This document shows positions 35,501-47,500 of a DNA stretch of 64,000 nt, in pieces. Location: positions 62,001-126,000 of the forward strand of contig NMRA01000422.1 in the NCBI GenBank assembly GCA_002633005.1, given 5' to 3'. Every line of letters begins with the position of its first letter. Within the stretch, counting starts at the first letter, position 1. The notes under the pieces are model-generated. The model made no database searches, had not been told where the DNA came from, and worked only from the letters and a program-made list of their open reading frames with translations. The DNA is from Phoronis australis. Lineage: Eukaryota; Animalia; Phoronida. The position numbers were made by a program, and so were the translations under genes.

Positions 35501-38500
35501 GAAAGCAGTTTATTGAAAGTTTTAACTAGGCTCTAATCTGTCAAATGCATGCCCAAGGCTGACCTGTGTATAGAGTTGGCGAGGACCTTGTCAAGTCATA
35601 AACAGTTCTGCAGTAAACAACTCAAGCCTAATTTCCAATAATAGCTTTAAACCTAAGAGCTTAATGAGAAAACAACCTTCACAATGTTTTTCAGCTGGAA
35701 AAAAAATAACACAACTGCGTTTTCAATTTTTAACAAGAGCAACGCAGAGCGTTGAAATGCGCCCACAATTGCACCGCATACGGTATCCCTCTAGGGTTGT
35801 TTAGTGGTACCATAAAGTGGCCAGTACAGGGCATATATGTAGTATGTTGCACTTAGCAAAATGGAAAGGCATGGTCATTCTCTCCTCAATAGGCTAGGGG
35901 CAAAATGTGAGTAATCTTCATAATACAAGCACATCCTATACACCAGTTGCGTAAAGCACCACAGAAACAGAATTAAAAACAAATTTACCAACATACGAGA
36001 TTAGAGCAGCATTAGAATGCCAGAAACAAATTTCTACTTGGAACTTTTCCTTCATAGTCACGAAGTAACACAAAGTATACACCTGAAGACCTATGAAAAT
36101 ACAGAGGTCAATGTAAAATACTAAAATTGCCACTAGAGGCAAATACTAAAATTGCCACTAGAGGCATACCGGTAGTCAGAATCATCCTAAAGTCGTCATC
36201 GTCCATTGTCAACATCACATAAATACACTTGCTAAATTTAGTAAAGATCCTGCAAACGGTTTGGGAGATACAGCNNNNNNNNNNNNNNNNNNNNNNNNNN
36301 NNNNNNNNNNNNNNNNNNNNNNNNNNNNNNNNNNNNNNNNNNNNNNNNNNNNNNNNNNNNNNNNNNNNNNNNNNNNNNNNNNNNNNNNNNNNNNNNNNNN
36401 NNNNNNNNNNNNNNNNNNNNNNNNNNNNNNNNNNNNNNNNNNNNNNNNNNNNNNNNNNNNNNNNNNNNNNNNNNNNNNNNNNATAAATATACTTACACAA
36501 TTTCGTAAAGATCCCACGAAAGGTTTAGGAGATACAGCCATAGGCGCAAAAAAAACAAAACTGCCACTAGGAGGCGCCACAGTAGTTGAAATCATCGGAA
36601 AATCATCGTCGACCGTCCTCTACATAGTAAGCATATACATGCCAATTTTCACAATCATCCTTCGAGCGGTTTGGTTGATAGAGGGGTGGACGCACAAAAA
36701 CAGACTCGAAAACACTAAAAATGGCCACTAGGTGGCGCAAACTATGTCGAATCCATCTGAAAACGGCAGGATAGCGTCATCTCACTAATAGGTGCCTATA
36801 TACCAAATTTCATGAAAATCCGTTCAGGACTTTTGAAGATACAAAGGTAAGCGTAAAAAACTAAAATTGCCACTAGGGGGCACACCGGTAGTCAAATCTG
36901 TCCGAAAGTTCGCACATGCCGTCCCATTCATGAATGGAACATATGTGCCAAATTTCATGAACGTATGTCAAAGGGTTTTGGAGATAGAGCAGCAGACGCC
37001 GCCCGGACGGACGGACGGACGGACGGACAGAGATGACGGCATAATGCGTCCACATATAAATATGTGGGCGCATAAAAAGTGGTGAACTATTAACTGAAAT
37101 TACAACAGCTTTTAAATGGTATATGAGAAACGTCGACTTGCTGACTGCTGATTATACTCAAACTTCAATAGGATAGTCTGCATACAATAGACGATATCAT
37201 GAGCCAGACTGGAAAGTGTTGGGAGTGACAGGTTGTAACTACAGAAACTATTGACTTCGGAGATGGCAATTTGGAATATAACAAGAGCAACGCGGAGCAT
37301 TGAAATGCGCCCATGAATGCACCGCAAATGGTGTGCTTCTAGGCTTGTTTATTTATTTCATAAAAATGGCCACTAGATGGCGCAAAAATATCCAATCCAT
37401 CTGAAAAAGGGAACATGCCAACGATTCTTTAATAGATAACTATTTTCTAATTGAAATTTCATAAAAATCTATCAAGGAACTTCAGAGAAACGACGGAAGA
37501 CAGAAAAAATGAAATTGCAGCCACTACGGGGCACAGCGTTCGTTGGATCCGCCTGAAAGACGTCGTCGTCTGTTGTTGGCTTCATATAAATACAATTATT
37601 AAATTTGATAAAGATTCTGCAGTGGGTTTAGGAGATGCAGCAATGGGTGCAAACCAAAACAAAATTACCACTAGGAAGCACCACACTAGTCGAAGTCGTT
37701 ATCGTCAACTGTCCTCTTCACACTGAGAACATATACGCCAATTTTCAAAATCATGCTTAGAATGGTTTGGTTGACTGAGGAGTGGACGCCAAAAAACAGG
37801 CTCAAAAACAGTAAAAATGGCCACTGGGTGGCACAAAGTACCTCGATTCCATCTGAAAACAGGAAGATAGCATCATCTTATCAATAGATGCATATTTTTT
37901 TCAAATTTTCTGAAAATATGTTGAGGACCTTTGAAGATACAGACTGAGGTAAACCTAAAAAAGTAGTGGGGTAACCATTCGAAAGTTATCGTCATTTCTT
38001 GTCAACACAATACACTTGCTAAATTTAGTAAAGATCCTGTACAGTTTAGGAGATACAGCCATGGAAGCAAAAAAAAACTGCCACTAGGAGGCGCAACAGT
38101 AGTCGAAGTCATCAGAAAATCGTTGTCAGCCGTCTTCTTCGTAGTAAAAACATACATGCCACTAGGTTGCGCAAACTAGGCCGAATCCATCCGAAAACGG
38201 GAGGATAGCTTCATCTCACTAATAGATGCCTATATGCCAACTTGAGGACCTTTGAAGATACAGAGGTAAATGTAAAAAACTAGAATTGCCACTAGGGGGC
38301 ATACCGGCAGTCAGATCCGTCCGAAAGTCATCGTCCATTGTCAACATCATATCAAATTACATGCTAAATTTTGCAAAGATCCTGAAAATGATGGCCGCAA
38401 AAAAATTGCCACTATGGGGTACACCGGTACTCGGATCCTTCCGAAAGTTCGCTCATGCCATCCCATGCATGAAAGGAACATATGTGAAAATTTTCATGAG

Positions 38501-41500
38501 CATACGTTGAACGGTTTTGGGGATAGAGCAGCTGGATGGACGGCTGCACAGGGATGACGGCATAATGCATCCACATGTGGGTGCATAATAAAAAAGAGAA
38601 TCATGAACAATTATTTAATAGTATTTCAGGAATTTATTTCACAGTTATCATCGCCATACCTGTGGTAGAGGACAACACCCCCAGTCACCCGAAGCCAGTT
38701 TACAACAGGTGTTACCATCCGGGCATGCATGCTCTCCGTCGGGGCAAATCACGTCTTGAACAGCTTCAGACTTGAGTGACCACTTGATGGTCTTCTCACT
38801 GGACTTACATTGACCGCTATCCGCATCACACACCGTCTCTTGTGGACAGCAGTGCAGACCATCTGCACAACAAACAGCCTGCAATTGATGTCGAAGGTCA
38901 GTCTACATGCCTCCATTATAAGAGTCATGTGTCACTGTAGAGGTTTGCTTTCCGAGTCGAAATCTGTGTGATGGTTCAGACTATCTGAATGGAGGAAATG
39001 TCCCAGTGACTAACAACAAAATTACTACAAACATGATACACCATAACACGTACTGAGTAAAATCTCACAAACTTCAGACAAAAAATTGCAAAAATGGCAA
39101 TTTATTTATTTCTCAAGGGATTCTAATATTGCTGTGAGTGATCACAATTTTCCAAAATATAGTTTAACACGGCAAAATAGTGACCATCATGCAGGCATAT
39201 ACCGGAGTCCATACATGAGAACTGCCATTAAATCTGGAGGTGAAAGAATTGGAGAAAAATGTATCTCACATTTTCTCATATCCTATTGAATTAATACACG
39301 AGAACACCTAACATAGTGGAGAAATTGGGGGCTTACAGAATCTTTACTGTGAACCACAGAATACTTGTCATGGAGTCGAACCCTTAATTACCAGCCTCCA
39401 CAAATACCCCACACTGCCCGATCTTTTATCATGAAATTTGAACTTTTACCACACACACACACGCACAAACACACGCACGCAAACACATACGCACAAACAC
39501 ACACACCCTGCATAATTATGCACTAAGCGTTCACGCGGAAAAACTCTGCACGGTAAGGGTTCTTGCAGTGTGCGATATTTTGTAAAGACAAATAAGAATT
39601 CCTTTGGGGTGTTAAGAGCTTTTGCAGTGTGGGTGGGTTTAAATGTTCTGTGGTCCATGGTAACAATTCAGTTACCGCCCCTGGACAGCAATGTAGCTTA
39701 AACACCTTCTCTCCATGGCAACAGCCCCACTGACCAGTCTTCATCATACAACAGGTCATTCCAGCAGAGCACATGGACTTGTTGTTAGGGCACAGTACGC
39801 TGGGTACTTTCACGGAGAGAACTTTGCCAGCAACAGGTGGTTGGGAGTCTGTTAACTCTGCACGGATAGTTGTTGCCTGAAATAAATTGCATCAATCCAT
39901 CAGCTAATGTGGGACGCACTGTAACGGCAAACCATCCACTAGGTTTTTTTTGGTTATTTGTAAAACAAAGGCATAAACATTGGCTTTAATACGCCACCCA
40001 CAAGTTGATTATTTGAGGAAATACAAAATGCATGGAGTCTTGTTTTTATCATAACTTGTGCACGTGAGTTGATTGACAGCAATAAATAACTAAGTGCTTG
40101 CAACAATGAAATCATAATTACTGGCTTGTTATGGCTGCTATTTTGATGAAGGGAACGATTTATGAAGTCCATTAAAGCCTCACATATCCAGCAACAGGAT
40201 ACATGACGTCCTCAAAACAACAGACAGAGTGTAAATCCTGTTCGCTTCATTTTGCGATTACTGGCCATTCATTGAACATTACATTTTTCAAAAGAAAAAC
40301 AATTAACACACCCGAGTCTTGGTCACCATGGGAATGCGTAATTGTTCTCTGTTACATGTGCCTGACGCGGGGTCACACGAATACCCCTCAGGACAACAGT
40401 GAACACCATCTGAGCAACAAACTGCCTACAAAAAGAATGTCAGTTACAGTGACTCAGACATGTAATTCAATGTTGCAAAACAAGGACAATAAGAACAACA
40501 AATATATGAAGGTGAAACTACTGTTATCCTGTAATAATAACATGCATTTTGAGCTTGGAGGGGAGAACTAGCTTGCACAGTGCCTTAGAATTTTGGTGAT
40601 GGTCATAAATCATGGGTGTCTTCCACACACAGTACGCCTTTTGAAATTGACATGCAAGGTCAGCAAAAGCAGATCTTTATGAACCTTGCTCTTAGGCATA
40701 CAACTGTTTAAGAATATGCAGCTAAACAGAGTTTGAGGTCCTGGCTAAGAAAATAACTGTTTTATTATCCATCATTAATTCTAAATAGGTGAGCCCCAGA
40801 TGTAGAAACAGATAATGTAATGGAAACAATTACTTCAACACACCGTAACTGATTAAAATTAATAAACCTGAAACTAGGTTGATGTGATAATTTTGTGTTA
40901 CTTGAATGAAAAATTTGACCTGCAGGGCGCTAACATAAAAACGAACAAGCAAAGATGATGTTCGAGTAATTTACAAACTACAGGCAAAACTGTAATTAGA
41001 CACGTTTCATGTCTCTGAATAGTCTTACAATGTCAGTTGACTGATCATTATTAATAGAGCTCTCAGAATGTTATGATACTCTAACCATGGTTGGCTTGTA
41101 ATACAGTAGGTCACAGGATAATAAACACACAGGATAATAAACACACAGGATAATAAACCAGGGCTTGGAATGACCAATGACAAAAAACGCGGAAACTTTG
41201 AAACTTTTACAGCCCAAATCATGCCCGATAACCAGTCTTGAAATGGTCAATGTTAACCTTTCCCCGACAAAAATCAGGAGGACTAAAAAAAAAAAAATGT
41301 TACCACCATCAGTAGCATGCGTCTGCGTCCTTTTAGCTTGCCCGTCCACTCCCAACCCACACATTTTTGGCTGCAGAGCGGTAGTATTTGTCGCCGCGCT
41401 TAACAATAACACGAGACGCCATTGAAAATCCCACCACGCTGTTCCAGATGCCCCGGCAATGTTGACAATTTACGTTCCTCCGAGGTGAACGTCGTCTGCA

Positions 41501-44500
41501 ACACCGCGGTAAGAAAGGAATTTGCCGCGGAAATTTTATATCAAATCCGATTTTTTTACGCGGAAATATTATAAAAAAGCGGAAAGCACATTTGAAAAAA
41601 GCGGAAATCCGCGTTTCCGCGGAAAATTCCAAGCCCTGATAAACACACAGGATAATAAACACACAGGATAATAAACACACAGGATAATAAACACACAGGA
41701 TAATAAACACACAGGGTAACAAGAGCAACATGGATCTTTGATATGCACCCAACGTGTTGACTGCATAAACAATGTGGGCATACAAACATTTTTCAGTTTG
41801 GGACACAACATGGCGGACAGGTGAAATTTCACTTTGTCGAATTTTGCAACAAAACGAACCTGTTGGGAACAGTAACTTTGCTTACAGCATGGTTTGTATG
41901 GCGTAGCTATTACCAACAATCACATGAAAAAATTGAGCATTGGCTCCAATGTAATAAGCCTCTCAAAATAGAGCTACAGCAATTTTTATTAGCAACTATT
42001 TTTGTCCCAAATAGAAGAATTGTTAGCAGACCAAAATATTCCTTCACCTTTGGAAATGACTGATTTCCATTGAAAAACCAACTTCAATCAACTCCCTGAG
42101 TCTACTTAATGTACAGTGTAACAACCATCAAGAACATGTTGCTGCAAAATGACACAAATTAAAGTGATATGTCTGACGTGCGTACTTTGAGTATAGGGCA
42201 ACAGCCCCAATTTCCAGTGATCAGTTTGCAGCATGTACTTCCACTGGGGCATTCCTGCTTGCCACCCGGACACCGAACAGTTCCCACAATTCTTGGCGTT
42301 GCCAATATCTTTGTAAAAGCATCGATGACTTCCGTTCCTTTGACACACTTTTGACTGGCACTGCACTGGTAACCATTAGGGCAGCAGTGAACACCATCAT
42401 TACAGCAAATGGCCTGTGGAACAGCATGACCTTGGAAAAAATGGGCTACTGGGTGTTGAAGTTAACTGTGGCAAGGCAATGAAACCTTGACATTTTTACG
42501 TTTTTGAGAAATAGATGGACTGTTCATGGTGAAATTGGAAAGCAAGGACTTCAGAGGTGCTCTAAGTCCTATCACATGAAAATGTATGGTGCACGGTGGG
42601 CACACTTATTAGGGTATGGTGCGGGGTGGGCGCACTTATAAGGGTATGGTGCAGGGTCGGTGCCCTTATTAGGGTTTATGCAGAAATGGGTCACTTACAA
42701 GACAGCATAGTAGCACACTCAGTTTTCAAGACAATGTTCAAAACATCTGCCAGTAGTCAACTTACTTTGTGCAAGGTTGGATGACCACAACGCTGAGAGC
42801 GAGTGCAAAACAGTGAAAGGGAATGCTTCATTTTTTAAAGTCATGGCAAACATTGCAAAAAAAATCAGAGAAAATGACTCTTTTTGAAACTCATCACGGA
42901 AACTTAAAAAACAGAAAAAATTCACTTCCAAATAACCGCACTTACAATCCTAGAGTATACTTTCTGCAACTAAGGCAACGCGGAGCGTTGAAGTTCGCCC
43001 ACGAATGTATTGCAAATGGTGTGGTTTTGTAAGGGTTATTTATTTGTATCATAAAAATGGCCACTAGATGGCGCAAAAACGTACAATCCATCCAAAATGG
43101 GAACATGCCATATTTCATAAAAATCTGCCAAGGAACTTCAGAGAAACAAAAGAAAACAGAACAAAATGAAATTGCCACTTGTGGGCACAGCCGTCCAATC
43201 CATCTGCCTGAAAGTCGTGTTATCTTCATATAAATTCACTTACTAAATTAAGTAAAGATCCTCCAAATGGTTTAATAGATACAGCCATGAGCGCAAAAAA
43301 AAACAAAACTGCTACTAGGAGGCGCCACAGTACTTGAACTTGTCGGAAAATCGTCGTCAGCTGTCTACTTCATAGTAAAAACATACATTCAATTTTTCAC
43401 AATTATCCTGAAAGCCGTTTGGTTGATAGATGAGTGGACGCCAAAAAACAGACTCGAAAGCAGTAAAAATGGCCACTAGGTGGCGCAAACTAGGTCAAAT
43501 CCATCTGAAAACAGAGATATAGTGTCACCTCATTAACAGAGGCCTATATGCCTAATTTTATGAAAATATGTTGAGGACCTTCGAACATACAGACTGAGGT
43601 AAACGTAAAAAAAAATAAAATTGCCACTAGGTGGCACACTGGTACTCAGATCCATCTGAAAGTCATCGTCCTTCGTTGTTAACATCAAATAAATACACTT
43701 TAGTAAAGATCCTGCGAACGGTTTAGGGGATACAGCCATAGGCGCTAACAAAACAAAACTGCCACTAGGAGGCGCCACAGTATTTGAAGTCGTCGGAAAA
43801 TCATCGTTAGCCGTCCACTTTATAGTAAGAACATACGTGCCAATTTTCACAATTATCCTTTGAGCGGTTTGGTTGATAGAGGGGTAGACGCAAAAACAGT
43901 AAAAATGGCCACTAGGTGGTGCAAACCACATCAAATCCATCTGAAAACGGGAGGATAGCGTCATCTCACTAATAGGTGCCTTTATACCAAATTTTATGAA
44001 AATCTGTTCAGGACTTTTGAAGATACAGCGGTAAACGTAAAAAACTAAAATTGCCACTAGGGGGCACAACGGTAGTTGGACCAGTCCGAAAGTTCGCTCA
44101 CGCTGTCCCATCTACGGAAGGAACACATGTGCAAAATTTCATGAAGATACGTCAAGGCGTTTTGGAGATAGAGCAGTGGACGCCGGACGAACGCCGGACG
44201 GACGCCGGACGGACGCCGAACGGACGCCGGACAGACGCCGGACGGACGCCGGAGGGACAGAGATGACGGCATAATGCGTCCACATACAAATATGTGGGCA
44301 TATAAAAATCATGACTGGGTACTTAAAAGGAAACAAAATGAAGCTGCAAAAGTCCACCACATAATGAAAAAATCTAGAACCACAGCCCAAATGTTAAGAA
44401 TAGCTTGACAATCAGAATACTCCAAGATAATATTCAAGAAAGAAGTATACAAGCCAAAGGAATGATCTTCTTTAGTTTAAAACTTCACCAGTGGTAAGGG

Positions 44501-47500
44501 TGAAAATACCTTTTACTTGACCAGTACATAACCTTACCTTGGGAATAGGGCAACAGCCCCACTGTCCTGAAGACAATTTACAGCACGTATTTCCAGAGGG
44601 GCACTCATGCTCACCATCAGGACACATGACAGCCTGTAATGCATCTCCAATATCAACACCAGGGGTCACCAGCTGCAAGGCCTGAATGGATGAAGACTTA
44701 CGACAGGTACCAGTGGCACCGCACTCGTAACCGTGTGGACAGCAATGGAGACCATCGGAACAACATACAGCCTGTAAAGGAACGAACAACTTGGACATTT
44801 TCTAAGTAAGGCTTTGAAACGACAATCTTACATGTAGTATTCTCAAGTCTCATGGAGATCTTGTCCCAGGGCCGATGGCCTCACTGCTGGTGAACAGTTT
44901 TCTGTTCAGATGCTAAAACAGGAGCCTTTCTGCATTAGCATCGACCTGATAAGTATTGTATTCATGACCACCAAGATGGGAAAGACAATCACTGTAACCA
45001 TTTATTGTTTGCTGTACAAAAGAATTGATAATTTGTGTGTGCAAGGGTGTCGGAGCAAGGAAAGTGGACAAATATAGCAAATTTTAGTATTCAGTTGAAA
45101 TATTTCAGAGACTAAATCCATTTCAAAAATGATCTGAAAAGAGATTATTACACACTGACGAGAAACCTAAGAAACAATCTTATAAATAGCGCCAATATTT
45201 TGTAGAATTTGAGCACAAGTTAGCCATCAAAGTGTGTCCAGTATAATTCTACACAATGCTTGAAAGACAATCAACTTACTTTTGGTAAGGGACAACAGAG
45301 GTACTGGCCGCCATGTGTCTTGCAACAAGTGTTTCCACTAGGGCATCTGTACCGACCACCAGGACAGAGGATACTGTCTTGGCTGAGCATTCTGGCCAGT
45401 GTTTTCGTGAACCATTCCACTACATGATTTTCCCTCACACACTGTCCTGAATTACACGTGTAGCCCGAGGGACAACAATGGACACCATCAGAACAACAGA
45501 CAGCCTACAACAGAGAACAACAATCTCCAAAGCACTTAGAAAAACACTACAAATGAACTCATACATGTAAACCCATGTTTAAAAATAAAAACGAAGCAGG
45601 TGCCTGAACATTAAGTAAATGTTTTCTTTTGCACACATTTGGTATAGTAACCCCTCCGTAACACGATTTCTGTTGAAAACACGACTGGACTTTTTGTTTA
45701 ACAGCTTAATGCAGAGCGAGCGAGTCTGTATTAAGCTGTCAAATGAAATATCCAGTCGTGTTTTCAACAAAATTTTGCATACATTTCTATAGAATCAGTG
45801 CATTTTTATCTCAGAGCCCCACATCAGTATCCTTAAATTGCTTTCACACTGAACCTTTACTCCCCCGGCGTAACATTCTTTAACTGAAGGGACAGTCATT
45901 TTAACAGGACTAGCGGTAATTGTACTCCTCTTCAGAACTTGGGATTACAGAGACCCGAAAAATTTAGTCCACTGGCCTAACTCTATAGGACAGTTTTAAC
46001 TACAGCAGTAATTAGGGCTACCACAGTACAGTTTTATTATTAGTTTGATGAAATAGTGTAATGAGTTCCCAGAAAATCAAGGTAATAATTGGTCTCCAGC
46101 GGAAAATACAATCCTAATAACACAATGCAGCATGACTGGTAATCTCTCTAGACTCTATTTTGGCTTCACCTTGATCATAATCTTGCTTCAAATGGTCAAC
46201 ACATGCGCCACCTGTGGTCTTAATCAGTTTGACCCCAGACATAATGTAATAGCAGCCAATGTAGTTCAGAGGGAAAGCAGATTGCTTAAATATCTAAGGA
46301 TAGTTAAAGCATTCTTTCCACCGATTTAGCCAATGAGAAACCATCTTTGGGATTCAATCACTCATATGCCCAAAACTGATTTTAAGTTAGAGATGTCACA
46401 GCTTGATTACCTTATCTGGTCATAAACGCAGTGGTAAACAACCCATGCAAAACTTACAAAAACTAAATAACCTAAAATTTTGCGAAAATACCCTTTGCAA
46501 TGTTTTTCTGTAGGAAAAATTACACCATTGCCAATTGGATTTTCAAAAGAACCGTCAATATAAGCTGGGTCAGGGCCCATGTGGGAATTGATGGCAATGA
46601 GAATGCAGACAGACTCGCAAAGATAGGAGCAAGCGTTCTGCATTTTGTGCCTGAACCAGCTATCCCGGTATCTTACGGATGTTGCAGGATGAGTACACGC
46701 AACTGGGTACATATCCAGTCAGCAGCCCAGTGGGCATCACTTAACTCCTGCAGAGAAGGAGAATTTTCCCAACGTGATCGAACCAAAAGGTTCACAAAGC
46801 CTTCTGAGTCTAGATAGATTGGGTATAAGACACGTCATTCAAATTTTGACATGCCACTCCAACCTAGCCCGACACAGACACATTACTGGGCATATGGGGA
46901 GCATGGTACTGACGTAGAATATCATAAACACCTGGTAGAGTCTTGCCCAGCTTTTTATAGGCTAAGGAGCAACCTACTGGATGGCACTGTTACATGCCTA
47001 CAACATATAGTGCATGGCAACAAATGGAAACGTCTGTCCGTTTTCCTAAAGGAGACTGGCAGACTTGAAAACTTCCTTCACGAGGAGCCATAATTGGGGT
47101 CTCGTGCCTTTGCTCAGGTGTTTTGTGCAATGAGCCCAACCATGAGGCCTGCGCATGTCTGATGCACTGCAAATGATATCAGACCACCTGCACTGTTTCT
47201 TTTTTTATTTTTTAATTGGATTTTCAAAAATTGGTGAACAATTAATTGAAATCACATCAACTTTAAATGGAGCATCCGAATGAAATGACAGGTGATTGAT
47301 TACGTTAACAATTCATTAGTTTAGTATTCTCCACACACAACAGACAATTTCAATAGGCAGTGCAAATGTGTCTGGATTTTCCAATGGTTTGGGGGTAACG
47401 GACTATAACACAGCAAAAATTGTATCACGATTTAAGCTCAATTGCACTCCATAGTCAGAAAACTGTTCCAAGTCTTATCAAGCTACAAATGCCAAAGATC

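Noticed and set aside
41071-41919. Cys-rich minus-strand ORFs (CVYYPVCLLS repeats) as extra granulin exons
   Set aside because: They are translations of the 16-bp tandem array and the MITE, with no granulin spacing
43533-44390. ORFs of up to 192 aa within the HINE
   Set aside because: Chance frames in a repetitive non-coding element; not conserved between copies and no Rep or helicase motifs
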